Notes under the pieces: model-generated | The model's database searches: none | Told to the model about the DNA's origin: nothing | Seen by the model: the letters and a program-made list of their open reading frames with translations, nothing else | NCBI GenBank assembly: GCA_012842045.1 | Contig: DUTP01000003.1 | Coordinates: 130,532 to 194,531, forward strand | Source: Candidatus Dojkabacteria bacterium | GTDB lineage: Bacteria > Patescibacteriota > Dojkabacteria > SC72 | DNA: 64,000 bases | Direction: 5' to 3' | In this document: piece by piece, positions 9,927 to 19,841 of the stretch | Position numbering within the stretch: the stretch's first letter is position 1 | How the letters are laid out: every line of letters begins with the position of its first letter | Made by a program: the position numbers and the translations under genes

Positions 9927-10916
9927 ATGAAAAAACATTACAAAGCACAAGCACTAGCTATCATTATGATAATACTAATAATATCCTCTATGATAGGTTT
10001 TGCTGTATTTGCTAGATCTCAAAAATCAAAGAAAATGGCAATACAAGAAAGAAACTCATCAGAAGCATATCAAGTAGCAGATATGATATTAGATAACCTA
10101 CTATTGAGTACATTGGAACAGTGGTTAGAGGTTGGTGGTATGGTTTTAGGAAAGACCTATGAAGAAACCTATTTTGAAGCTTTTAATAAGCTACCAGACC
10201 CTCCTAAACCTCCTGCTAGTCAATTAATTCTCCCTATTAATGCTGATATGGGTATAGAAGGAAATTATGATATTGGTAGTACTCAGATAACTCAAATAAC
10301 CCAAAAACTAGGACACCCTCTTGATTTACAAGCATTAGACATCTGTCCTTTACAAGAAGGTTTAGATAATAAATATACACTTTCTTTAACAAGAGTTGCC
10401 CCTGGTGATGTAATTACTATAAAACCTGGACAAACATTTTCATTTGTGGTTGATGGTAGTAGTTGTGTTCTTTTCATAACAGTTGAAGAACCAATACACA
10501 GTGATGCTGGCTTAATGGTCAACACCATACACAAAGAAGGTGAGGGAATTAGAGAATATGATTACGATCATACTACAAGTTATAGATTTGATGATACTTA
10601 TGGAAATTTTACTGAGAACTGGACACTATATGACAGGAACAGTAAAATTCAAATACCTCTTCATGGAAGAAATATCTCGGTTGTAGGATTAACAGCAATA
10701 AATAATGAAGTTAATTTTTCGTACCAAGCAGAACAAAATGCTGTACCTGGGGGATCTTGTTCCGATTTTGACATCTACAAACTCCAAGCCTCTGCAACAT
10801 GTGGCGGGACATATAGAGCAAAAGAAGTTATAATCCCAGCAGAGAGATATACCCATTCTATATTCAACTATGTTTTCTTCAACGGATTGGGTAGAATTGG
10901 TACTGATGTACAGTAA
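9927..10916 (+). CDS. hypothetical membrane-anchored exported protein
   Basis: Likely start MKKHYKAQALAIIMIILIISSMIGFAVFA (internal Met of ORF 9897..10916). Hydrophobic anchor, no prepilin G/F-x-x-x-E motif. Confidence 0.5.
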   Translation: MKKHYKAQALAIIMIILIISSMIGFAVFARSQKSKKMAIQERNSSEAYQVADMILDNLLLSTLEQWLEVGGMVLGKTYEETYFEAFNKLPDPPKPPASQLILPINADMGIEGNYDIGSTQITQITQKLGHPLDLQALDICPLQEGLDNKYTLSLTRVAPGDVITIKPGQTFSFVVDGSSCVLFITVEEPIHSDAGLMVNTIHKEGEGIREYDYDHTTSYRFDDTYGNFTENWTLYDRNSKIQIPLHGRNISVVGLTAINNEVNFSYQAEQNAVPGGSCSDFDIYKLQASATCGGTYRAKEVIIPAERYTHSIFNYVFFNGLGRIGTDVQ

Positions 10917-10933
10917 TATATTATCAACTGCCT

Positions 10934-12655
10934 ATGTATCTTAAAAGAATAATAGTAAAATTCGGGGGTGAAAGTGGACAAGGAATCAATAGTGTTGGCA
11001 CTATCCTAACCAAATCTCTAAACAGAGCAGGCTACTATACTTTCTCCAACCGAGAATACCCATCCTTAATAAAAGGAGGTTTTGCAAACTACCAAATAGA
11101 TATATCAAACAGTAGTATAAATAGTTCTTCATCTAAAACCAACATACTATGTTGTATGTCTGAAAGATCCCTAGAAGAATACATCACAGATGTATTACCT
11201 AACGGAATAGTAATATATGATGGCAAAGAGTTAGAACTAACTCCTAGTGAAGAAGAATATATCAAACAGAATAACATTAAAGTAATCCTCATAGACTCAG
11301 AAGAGATAGCAAAAGAAAACAATGCTCCTCCAATCATGGCAAATGCTGTACTAGCAGGCTTCATATGGAAAATATTAAAACAGAACTTAGAGATACTAAA
11401 TGAAGCAGTAGAAGAGATGTTTGAAGGTAAAAATATAGATATGGATGCAGAGAGAGCCTGTCTACAAGCAGGATATAACTCACCTCTCTATGAACCAACC
11501 TTAAGTGAAGATATTGATATAGAAGAGTTAGAAACCTCAAATAACAGAAAAATGACAATGACAGGAAACGATGCAATTAGTCTAGGAGCACTAGCAGGAG
11601 GCATGAGAGCATTCTTTGGATACCCAATGACACCAGCCACATCCATATTTAAATTCCTAGGAGAAAGTGCCAATGATACTAAAATATTGGTAAAACAAGC
11701 AGAGAATGAGATAACAGCAGTACAAATGACCATGGGAGCTATGTACATGGGAACAAGAGCCATGACAGCCACATCTGGAGGAGGATTTGACCTCATGTGT
11801 GAGACAATATCATGTTCAGGAATGTCTGAAACACCACTAGTCATAGTAGTAGCACAGAGAATAGGGTCAGGTACAGGAGTTCCAACATGGACAGGTAGTG
11901 GAGATATAATAGCAGCAACAAAGATAGCACACGGAGACTTCCCAAGATGTGTAATACAGATTGCAGATGCAAAAAGTGCTTTCACACTCATACAAAAAGC
12001 TTTCAATATTGCAGACAAATACCAACTACCTGTAATTGTATTAACAGAAAAACAAATAGCAGAAGGACTCTTCTCATTAGATGCACTACCACCTAATGAA
12101 AGAATTGAAAGAGGACTACAACATGGAGAAAAGAGATACCAACTAACTACAGATGGAATATCACCAAGATGGATACCATCAAAAAATCAAAAACCATACC
12201 TACACACCAGTGATGAACATACAGAAGAAGGTTACTCAACAGAAAATGCTCAAAAAGTATGGGAAATGAGTAAAAAAAGAACAAAGAAGTTAGAAAAACT
12301 AAAAGCAGAAATACCAGAACCAGAATATTTTGGTAGCCTAGATGCCACAACTATACTAGTAGGCTCAGGAAATACTAAAAACCCCGTTCTTGATATTATA
12401 AACACCTCTCTCTCTAATGAAGATATTGGATATCTCCACTATGAATACATATACCCAGTTAAAACAGAAAGACTAAAAGAATTAATAGCACAAGGAAAAA
12501 GATTAATACTAATTGAAAACAATGAAACAGGACAACTAGGAAAGCTACTAACAGAAGAAACAGGATACAAGTTTAATGAAAAACTACTAAAATTCGATGG
12601 AAGACCATTCTTCATCGAAGACATACTTAACTATTTAGAAAAAAAGGAGGTATAG
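10934..12655 (+). CDS. 2-oxoacid:ferredoxin oxidoreductase, fused gamma-alpha subunit
   Basis: N-terminal gamma-like KFGGESGQGINSVGTIL...YPSLIKGG. Alpha-like MTMTGNDAISLGALAGGMRAFFGYPMTPATSI. Confidence 0.85.
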   Translation: MYLKRIIVKFGGESGQGINSVGTILTKSLNRAGYYTFSNREYPSLIKGGFANYQIDISNSSINSSSSKTNILCCMSERSLEEYITDVLPNGIVIYDGKELELTPSEEEYIKQNNIKVILIDSEEIAKENNAPPIMANAVLAGFIWKILKQNLEILNEAVEEMFEGKNIDMDAERACLQAGYNSPLYEPTLSEDIDIEELETSNNRKMTMTGNDAISLGALAGGMRAFFGYPMTPATSIFKFLGESANDTKILVKQAENEITAVQMTMGAMYMGTRAMTATSGGGFDLMCETISCSGMSETPLVIVVAQRIGSGTGVPTWTGSGDIIAATKIAHGDFPRCVIQIADAKSAFTLIQKAFNIADKYQLPVIVLTEKQIAEGLFSLDALPPNERIERGLQHGEKRYQLTTDGISPRWIPSKNQKPYLHTSDEHTEEGYSTENAQKVWEMSKKRTKKLEKLKAEIPEPEYFGSLDATTILVGSGNTKNPVLDIINTSLSNEDIGYLHYEYIYPVKTERLKELIAQGKRLILIENNETGQLGKLLTEETGYKFNEKLLKFDGRPFFIEDILNYLEKKEV

Positions 12656-12657
12656 GT

Positions 12658-13527
12658 ATGGATATCAATATATACAATACAGAAAGAAAACCTACATGGT
12701 GCCCAGGATGTGGAAACTTTGCTATCCATGTAGCACTTAAAAAAGCTTTAGCTGAATTAAATATCTCACCATCAGAAGCATTCATATCTTTTGATATTGG
12801 ATGTAATGGAAATGGTGCAGACACAGTAAATACATATGCATTCAAAGGATTACATGGAAGAGCAGTTGCATTAGCTACAGGAGCACACTTAGCAAACAGA
12901 AAATATACTGTCATTGCAGACCAAGGAGATGGAGCATGCTTCCATGAGGGTATAGATCACTTAATCAATGCTATCAAATCCAACTATGATATGACCATTC
13001 TAATTCATGACAATCAAAACTTTGCACTAACTACTGGACAAGCAACAGTAACAACCAAACAAGGAAAAAAGATGTATGCACTACCAGAAGGAAAACCTGA
13101 AAGAGATTTAGATGTTAATCACTTCATACTCTCTCTAAAGCCATCTTTCTTTGCAAAAGCATACAGTGGAGACCCACAACAACTAACAGAGATAATAAAG
13201 GAGGGGATAGAACATAAAGGATGCAGTGTAATACAGATTGCTCAAAGCTGTCCAACATACAATAAAGAGTGCACTCCACAATGGTTTAATGAACACATTG
13301 TTAAGCTGGAAACTCTACAAGAGTATGATAAAACATCAATTGATGATGCTCTAAGGTTAGCAAAAGATATGTCCCAAACAGGTAAAATATATACAGGTAT
13401 AATACATCAGGATAACACCATTCCTACCTTCTACGATAGACTACAAAGTCGAAAAGGGATACAATCAGAGCTTGTTGATGAAGTAAGGGAATATGATATA
13501 AGAGGACTTTTAAAATATTGTAACTAA
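12658..13527 (+). CDS. 2-oxoacid:ferredoxin oxidoreductase, beta (TPP-binding) subunit
   Basis: TWCPGCGNF motif, GDGA TPP-binding region (ADQGDGACFHEG). Starts 3 nt after the alpha subunit stop. Confidence 0.85.
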   Translation: MDINIYNTERKPTWCPGCGNFAIHVALKKALAELNISPSEAFISFDIGCNGNGADTVNTYAFKGLHGRAVALATGAHLANRKYTVIADQGDGACFHEGIDHLINAIKSNYDMTILIHDNQNFALTTGQATVTTKQGKKMYALPEGKPERDLDVNHFILSLKPSFFAKAYSGDPQQLTEIIKEGIEHKGCSVIQIAQSCPTYNKECTPQWFNEHIVKLETLQEYDKTSIDDALRLAKDMSQTGKIYTGIIHQDNTIPTFYDRLQSRKGIQSELVDEVREYDIRGLLKYCN

Positions 13528-13535
13528 CAAAACAT

Positions 13536-15644
13536 ATGGAAGAAACACTATCACCAAAATCTATTGCTATCATCGGAGTCTCCCAAGACAGCGAAAAAGT
13601 TGGAGCAGTTCTACTAAGAAATCTAATTGAAGGAGGATACAATGGAAAGATATATCCAATAAATCCTAAATACGATGTACTACAAGAAAGAAAAGCATAT
13701 CCTTCAATCTTAGAGATAGAAGAAAATGTAGATTTAGCATGTATTGCTCTCCCATATCAAATGGTAGAAGAATCAGTAGACCAATGTATTGAGAAAAAAG
13801 TAAAAACAGTCCTTATCATCTCTGCAGGATTTGGAGAAACTGGTACAGAAGGTAGAGAACTAGAAGAGAGAATTACAAACAAACTAAAGAATGCAAAGAT
13901 TAGATTAATTGGACCAAACTGTCTTGGCTTTATCAACAACAAAGCAAATATTAATCTAACATTTGCTAAAGAGAATGCACCAGATGGAAATGTAGCATTC
14001 ATATCACAATCTGGAGCATTCTGTACAGCAGTATTAGATATGGCAAATGAAGGAAATTCAGGCTTCTCACATGTCATATCTGTTGGGAATAAAGCAGATA
14101 TCAATGAAAATGAATTAATACCATACTTTATTTCTCATCCAGAAGTAAAAGCAATAGCAATATATCTAGAAGAATTCTCTGATGGAAAAGAATTTGTATC
14201 AATAGTACAGAGATCCAAGAAACCAATATTACTAATAGCACCTGGAAGCTCTGAGAAATCAAAAGAAGCTATATCATCACACACAGGTTCTCTAGCATCC
14301 TCATATGATACCGTACTAGCAGCTGTTAAGAAAGCAAATATTATACTAGCTGAAAACTCAGAAGAACTATACAAATTAATAGAATTAGTAGATTATGCAA
14401 GTTTTCCAAAAGGTAAAAAGGTTGCAATAGTTTCAAATGCAGGTGGTCCAGGTATAACAGCTGTTGACTGTGCAGAGAATGAAGAACTAGAAATTACAGA
14501 ACTAGGCGAGAAAACACAAGCAAAACTAAAAAGAGAATTACCTGTTGAGGCATCTATTAAAAATCCAATCGATATACTTGGAGATGCTAAAAGTGATAGA
14601 TTTGCTAATAGTATAAAGATAGTGTTAGAAGATATTGATGTAGACTGTGTATTAGTACTTCTTACACCACAGTTAATGACAGAAGTGGAAGAAACATCCA
14701 GAGCAATAAATGAGATAGTGTCTCAATCACCAAAACCTATCTTTGCCTGCTATCTAGGAGGAAAGGAAGTTAAGAAAGGTTTTAAGATTCTAGATGAGCA
14801 GAAAACACCATGGTTTAATGATGTACAAGAAGCAATGCATCTAATTGCTAAACTAGTTAACTTTGAATTAGGAAGAGACCTAAACAAACCAATAGATGCT
14901 GGTAAGTTCCTTAAAAAGACTAGAAACAAGAGAGAGATTCTTGAGTATGTTGAGAATACAGATGAAGTTGTAGTATTACCTGATTCTTTAGCCATTAGCA
15001 TTATGAGCGAATTCTGGATAGATTATCCTAAACAACTTGTTACTAGTAGTTTAGAAGAAGCAAGAGATTTTGCATCAACAATCTTCCCTGTAGCAATCAA
15101 AGCAACAGCAGATGACTTGGCACACAAGACAGATTACAAAGCTCTCTATCTTGATATACGAACAATAACTGAGTTTGAAGAGAAGTTTGAGGAGTTAAGA
15201 GAAACCATAATGAAGATAACTGGTAATCCTGCACCTAACATCCTTATTCAAGAAATGATTGAAGCTAATTTAGAAATATTCATAGGTGCAAATAGGGAAG
15301 GAGATAGTCATATTTATGAGAAAGATGGAGTAGGGTTTGGTCACTTACTAGCTGTAGGAAAAGGTGGTATATATACAGAAGTTTACAAAGATATTAAGCA
15401 TATCTTAATACCAGAAAGAAGAGAGAAAGTAGATGCAATACTATCTGAAACAAATGTATCTAAGATAATTGATGGATACAGAGGTAAACCTAAGTTAGCA
15501 AGAGAGAAATTGATAGATTTGATAATGAAGATACAGAGTATGCTTGTAACATATCCTGAGATTGTTTCTATGGATATCAATCCTGTTATGTTAAATGAAG
15601 AGAGAGCTGTTGTTGTAGATATTAAGTTGTATGCTAAGAAGTAA
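13536..15644 (+). CDS. acetyl-CoA synthetase (ADP-forming), fused alpha-beta (NDP-forming acyl-CoA synthetase)
   Basis: CoA-binding N-terminus SIAIIGVSQDSEKVGAVLLRNLIEGGYNGKIYPINPK, succinyl-CoA-synthetase-like middle, ATP-grasp C-terminus. 702 aa. Confidence 0.8.
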   Translation: MEETLSPKSIAIIGVSQDSEKVGAVLLRNLIEGGYNGKIYPINPKYDVLQERKAYPSILEIEENVDLACIALPYQMVEESVDQCIEKKVKTVLIISAGFGETGTEGRELEERITNKLKNAKIRLIGPNCLGFINNKANINLTFAKENAPDGNVAFISQSGAFCTAVLDMANEGNSGFSHVISVGNKADINENELIPYFISHPEVKAIAIYLEEFSDGKEFVSIVQRSKKPILLIAPGSSEKSKEAISSHTGSLASSYDTVLAAVKKANIILAENSEELYKLIELVDYASFPKGKKVAIVSNAGGPGITAVDCAENEELEITELGEKTQAKLKRELPVEASIKNPIDILGDAKSDRFANSIKIVLEDIDVDCVLVLLTPQLMTEVEETSRAINEIVSQSPKPIFACYLGGKEVKKGFKILDEQKTPWFNDVQEAMHLIAKLVNFELGRDLNKPIDAGKFLKKTRNKREILEYVENTDEVVVLPDSLAISIMSEFWIDYPKQLVTSSLEEARDFASTIFPVAIKATADDLAHKTDYKALYLDIRTITEFEEKFEELRETIMKITGNPAPNILIQEMIEANLEIFIGANREGDSHIYEKDGVGFGHLLAVGKGGIYTEVYKDIKHILIPERREKVDAILSETNVSKIIDGYRGKPKLAREKLIDLIMKIQSMLVTYPEIVSMDINPVMLNEERAVVVDIKLYAKK

Positions 15645-15653
15645 CTTTAAAGA

Positions 15654-16091
15654 CTAGTAAGTTTCTCTATCTGTAGTAAGATACTCATCATAGAGTTCTT
15701 GGCATTCTTCCTGATTTATTTGTTCCTCCACATAGTTCTCACTATTACCACTCATCTCATTAAAACCTATCCTTCTTGCATCCTCATAATCACAACCATA
15801 ATACACTCTTTCTATCTTTGCCCACTGTATAGCACCCTTACACATTGGACAAGGTTTGCCTGTTGTATACAACTCACAACCTGAAAGGTCATGTGTATTT
15901 AATTTCTCACTTGCTTCTCTAATTGCTTGAATCTCTGCATGAGAAGTAGGGTCATCTTCTTTCAACACCTCATTATGTGCTGAAGCAATCACCTCACCAT
16001 CCTTTACGATAACGGCACCAAAAGGACCTCCATGACCTCTCTGCATACCCTCTCTAGCCTTGTATATAGCTAACTGCATAAAAGGATTCAT
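15654..16091 (-). CDS. CDA-fold nucleoside/tRNA-adenosine deaminase (TadA/GuaD-like)
   Basis: Zn-binding motifs SHAEIQAIREA and PCPMCKGAI. Start codon overlaps the stop of the upstream gene (TAATG). Confidence 0.75.
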   Translation of the reverse strand: MNPFMQLAIYKAREGMQRGHGGPFGAVIVKDGEVIASAHNEVLKEDDPTSHAEIQAIREASEKLNTHDLSGCELYTTGKPCPMCKGAIQWAKIERVYYGCDYEDARRIGFNEMSGNSENYVEEQINQEECQELYDEYLTTDRETY

Positions 16092-16942
16092 TAGAATTTC
16101 CTCTCAAAATTAATACCATCTGCATGAGCTTTCAATCCTGTTCTACCTAAATCTTTTTCATATCTTCTTGCATAATCTCTGTATTTAAACACCTTCTTTC
16201 TTCTTTGCGTTAATGATTTTTCACTAATCATAGCAGGACCATTAATACAACCTCCATCACAGTTAAGAATATCTAAAAACTTGTAATGCTTGTATACACC
16301 ATCCTTAAACTTATCAAATACTGGCATGAGATTGTTAAGTCCCTCCATTACCAATATCTCTCTCTTTTTGAGAATATGTCTGTAGTTTAAAGTATCAGAG
16401 AGACCTCCAGAAACAGGATATATTTTGGTATAGTCATTGTACAATTTATCAAACCCAATACAATACTTACCTTCCTCTATCTCCTCTGGAATATCTTTCT
16501 CTTTAAAGAGTTGTTCTAATTCTACAAATGTAAGCACATGATCTACCAATCCTGTTTCTCCTGCTTCCATCTTCTTAGTCATGCATGGACCGATAAATAC
16601 AATCTTGTGCTTAGGATGCATCTTCTTAGCAATGAGAGCCATACAACCCATTGGAGAGTGTGAAGGAACTAGATTCTCAACCAAGTGAGGATACTTTACT
16701 CTAATGAAGTTAACAATAGTAGGACACGGACTAGCAATCCATGTTTTCTTCTCTCCTTTAGCAATACTTTCTTTAATAATGTTGTAGTAGGTAAGATTGG
16801 TCATCTTAGCACCAAATGTTACCTCCATCACCTTATCAAACCCTAGCTTCCTTAATCTGTATACAATATCAGGATAGGGGTACTCAGTTATGAAAGATGG
16901 AGCTAATAGACAGATATATTTTTCACCTTTTTTAAATTCCAT
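16091..16942 (-). CDS. [FeFe]-hydrogenase large-subunit C-terminal (H-cluster) domain-like protein, short (283 aa)
   Basis: L2-like FIGPCMTKKMEA (cf. MPCTSKKFEA), L3-like LNCDGGCINGPA (cf. MACHGGCVNGGG), L1-like ASPCP in place of TSCCP. Spacing of the three motifs is compatible with an H-domain. Confidence 0.5.
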   Translation of the reverse strand: MEFKKGEKYICLLAPSFITEYPYPDIVYRLRKLGFDKVMEVTFGAKMTNLTYYNIIKESIAKGEKKTWIASPCPTIVNFIRVKYPHLVENLVPSHSPMGCMALIAKKMHPKHKIVFIGPCMTKKMEAGETGLVDHVLTFVELEQLFKEKDIPEEIEEGKYCIGFDKLYNDYTKIYPVSGGLSDTLNYRHILKKREILVMEGLNNLMPVFDKFKDGVYKHYKFLDILNCDGGCINGPAMISEKSLTQRRKKVFKYRDYARRYEKDLGRTGLKAHADGINFERKF

Positions 16943-17065
16943 AGATAAAATATACTACAAAAAAGTAAAGCAAGCAAAAAGAGAATAAAGAAACAGAATA
17001 ACTATCCATTTTACATTCTATGATAAAATGAATATAGAAAAGTTTTAAATTAAGTTAGTAATAAT

Positions 17066-17752
17066 ATGGGAATAGAACCAATATATTGGATGTTTGCAAT
17101 ACCAGGACTTCTTCTTTCAATCTTTGCACAGATATATGTAAAAACAACATTTAATAAATACTCTAAAGAAGATGCAGAAAGTGGTAAAACAGGACTAGAT
17201 GCAGCAGAAGAGATTAAAAAAGGAGAAAACTTCTCTGTTGATATATTACCTAATAGACAACCAATGGGGGATTACTTTGATCCAACACAAAACATAGTTG
17301 CTATATCTTCAGAAAATGTGTCTTCTAAATCAGTTTCAAATATAGCTGTTGTAGCTCATGAGATGGGACATGTACAACAGAAATTCTCAGCATCTGGTAT
17401 TTACAACTTTAGAAGAACACTTGTACCGATAACAAATATTGGAACAAACATAGGATATATACTCTTCTTTGCGGGACTCTTCCTAACACAATTCAAATTA
17501 GCACAACTTGGTTTAATACTCTTCTCAACAGGTGTTCTTTTCTCTCTCATTACAATACCTGTAGAATTAGATGCAAGTAAGAGGGGGATGAAGTTCATAG
17601 AGAAGTATAACCTCATAACAGAAGGAAAAAGAGATGGTGCTAGAAAGGTATTAAATGCAGCAGCACTAACATACTTTGCTGGATTAGTTTCTTCAATCCT
17701 AAACCTAATGTACTATGCAAGCTTGCTAAACAGTAGACAAAAGAGAAGATAA
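17066..17752 (+). CDS. Zn-dependent metallopeptidase, YugP/Zn_peptidase_2 family, membrane-associated
   Basis: HEMGH (HExxH) motif, hydrophobic N- and C-terminal helices, DYFDP region typical of the family. Confidence 0.7.
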   Translation: MGIEPIYWMFAIPGLLLSIFAQIYVKTTFNKYSKEDAESGKTGLDAAEEIKKGENFSVDILPNRQPMGDYFDPTQNIVAISSENVSSKSVSNIAVVAHEMGHVQQKFSASGIYNFRRTLVPITNIGTNIGYILFFAGLFLTQFKLAQLGLILFSTGVLFSLITIPVELDASKRGMKFIEKYNLITEGKRDGARKVLNAAALTYFAGLVSSILNLMYYASLLNSRQKRR

Positions 17753-17805
17753 GTATCTTGACTGTTTCTGTATATCCTGTAATATGTAAACAGGGATATT
17801 TAATA

Positions 17806-17932
17806 TAAAAGCGTATGGGTAGTCTTAAGGAAACTACTACGAGGTGAAGGTTATCGAACTATCAGCGGACACCTTCAGGTCATACTGTTGACCTAAAAGT
17901 TACTACAATTCCAAAAAGTAACTAACAGTTCC
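17806..17932 (+). ncRNA. glmS ribozyme: glmS ribozyme (GlcN6P-responsive self-cleaving riboswitch) in the glmS 5' leader
   Basis: Core ACGAGGUGAAGGUUAUCGAACUAUCAGCGGACACCUUC matches the conserved glmS core GACGAGGAUGGAGGUUAUCGAAUUUUCGGCGGAUGCCUCC. 5' AGCG cleavage-site region is present. Two downstream hairpins (AGGUCA..UGACCU; AGUUACU..AGUAAC) are P3/P4-like. Lies directly upstream of glmS. Confidence 0.8.
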
Positions 17933-17958
17933 CAAATTTAAAATAACTATGTAAAGAT

Positions 17959-19740
17959 ATGTGTGGCATATTTGGATATTCTGGAACTAAAGAGTGTAAT
18001 GATATGATTTTTGAAGGTTTAAAAAGATTAGAATACAGAGGGTATGACTCATGGGGTATTGCAATATTAGGAAAAGATCAAATATATCAATACAAAGATA
18101 TCGGTGAAATCAAAGAACATGATGCTTTCAAGAAACTACCAAAAGGCACTGTTGGGATTGGGCATACTAGATGGGCTACACATGGTGGTGTAACGAAAAT
18201 AAATACACATCCTCACATTTCAACAAGAGGTGATTTTACTCTTGTACAGAATGGTATAGTGGAAAACTTTGCTGAATTAAAAGAAAAATTAATTAAAAAA
18301 GGTGTTAAATTTATCTCACAAACAGATACAGAGGTAATTGTAAGACTAATAGAGGAAGAATTAGATAAGATGTCTCTCAAAGAAGCTATCATTCATGTTT
18401 TCAAAAAGTTAGAAGGTAGGAATACAGTAGCTGTATTAAGTCATAAAGATAGAAAGATATATGCCCTTAGAAATGGGTCTCCACTAGTTGCTGGTATTGC
18501 TAAAGATGGTATATATCTAGCTTCAGACACACTCTCTTTCTCACCAGCAACCAACAAAGCTGTATTACTAGAAAACTACGATATGGTAGAGATTGATGGT
18601 AAGGATATTGAAATATTTAATATTCTTGAAAACAGAAAGAAAAAGGTTGAGATAAAGGAGTTGAAGTATCAATACAACAAGATAGAGAAGGGGAAGTTTG
18701 ACCATTTTATGATAAAGGAAATAGTTGACCAGAAAGAGACATTACTTTTTGCAACAAACTATACAGAGAAAGATTTAGAACCGTTAGTTGAAGAGATTAA
18801 GAAAGGAAAGAAAGTATATCTAGTAGGTGCTGGTACTGCTGGTTTTGCAGCAGGACAGACAGCATATTTCTTAAGGAATATTGCTAATATTGATGCTCAA
18901 GAGATTAAGAGTTATGAATTTAAATCTTACCTACCTATTGTTAAAAAAGGAGATATTGTAATTGCATTTTCACAAAGTGGTGAGACAGCAGATACAATTG
19001 AAGCTATTGAACAGATGAAAGAGAAGGGGTGTAAGGTAGCAAGTATTGTTAATATGCATGCTACTGCTATGAGTATGCTTTCTGATTTTGAATATTACAC
19101 AAATTCAGGTCCTGAGATATGTGTAGCATCTACAAAAGTATTTACAGCACAGTGTGCATGGGGTTATCTCTTAGCTATGAGTGTTGTAGGGAAATACAGA
19201 ACAGCTAAAAAGAATATTAAAGAGGTATCTAAGGAGATAGTAAAGCTATTTACAGAGAAGAGTTTTAAAAATATTAAAGATATTTCAAACTACATGGTAA
19301 AGAAAGATAGTGCTTTTATCCTAGGTAAAGGAGAGAATGCATTTATTGCACTTGAAGGAGCTCTTAAGATTAAGGAGATATCATACAAGCATGTTGAGGG
19401 TTTTGCAGCAGGAGAACTTAAGCATGGTGTGATTGCATTGATAGAGAAGGGGACCGTTGTATTTGGTATTATTCCATCAAAGGAGAGTGAGGATAGTGCA
19501 GATCTTATCAGTGCTATGGAACAAGTAAAGACAAGAGGTGCTTTTACTGTAGGTATTGGTAGTAAGGATTTTAGTAAGATGGAGGTATTTGATAGGTATG
19601 TTGAGACACCACAGGTTGGTAATATTTCTAGTATTAGTAATGCTATACCATTCCAATTAATTTCGTATTTCCTATCTGTTAAGTTAGGGAATAATGTGGA
19701 TAGACCTAGAAATTTAGCTAAGTCTGTTACGGTTAAGTAA
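17959..19740 (+). CDS. glmS: glutamine--fructose-6-phosphate aminotransferase (isomerising)
   Basis: MCGIFGY N-terminal nucleophile, GHTRWATHG, two SIS domains, C-terminal KSVTVK. 593 aa. Confidence 0.95.
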   Translation: MCGIFGYSGTKECNDMIFEGLKRLEYRGYDSWGIAILGKDQIYQYKDIGEIKEHDAFKKLPKGTVGIGHTRWATHGGVTKINTHPHISTRGDFTLVQNGIVENFAELKEKLIKKGVKFISQTDTEVIVRLIEEELDKMSLKEAIIHVFKKLEGRNTVAVLSHKDRKIYALRNGSPLVAGIAKDGIYLASDTLSFSPATNKAVLLENYDMVEIDGKDIEIFNILENRKKKVEIKELKYQYNKIEKGKFDHFMIKEIVDQKETLLFATNYTEKDLEPLVEEIKKGKKVYLVGAGTAGFAAGQTAYFLRNIANIDAQEIKSYEFKSYLPIVKKGDIVIAFSQSGETADTIEAIEQMKEKGCKVASIVNMHATAMSMLSDFEYYTNSGPEICVASTKVFTAQCAWGYLLAMSVVGKYRTAKKNIKEVSKEIVKLFTEKSFKNIKDISNYMVKKDSAFILGKGENAFIALEGALKIKEISYKHVEGFAAGELKHGVIALIEKGTVVFGIIPSKESEDSADLISAMEQVKTRGAFTVGIGSKDFSKMEVFDRYVETPQVGNISSISNAIPFQLISYFLSVKLGNNVDRPRNLAKSVTVK

Positions 19741-19841
19741 GTTTATAAAGAGAAGGTGTCTTTTACATAGTTTTCACATATTTTTGTTAAAAGACACCCA
19801 TCTTCCTTTAGGTTGTGGTTTCAAAGCAACGAGTTAATGAA

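Noticed and set aside
9927-10000. Type IV prepilin signal in the 329-aa protein
   Set aside because: It has a hydrophobic N-terminus but lacks the G/A-F/M-x-x-x-E class III signal motif, so it is treated as a plain membrane anchor.
19741-19841. Imperfect hairpin GTGTCTTTTA...TAAAAGACAC between glmS and the convergent 114-aa gene as a terminator
   Set aside because: The stem has a bulge, the loop is long (~18 nt), and there is no clean U-tract. Possibly a bidirectional terminator, but too weak to call.
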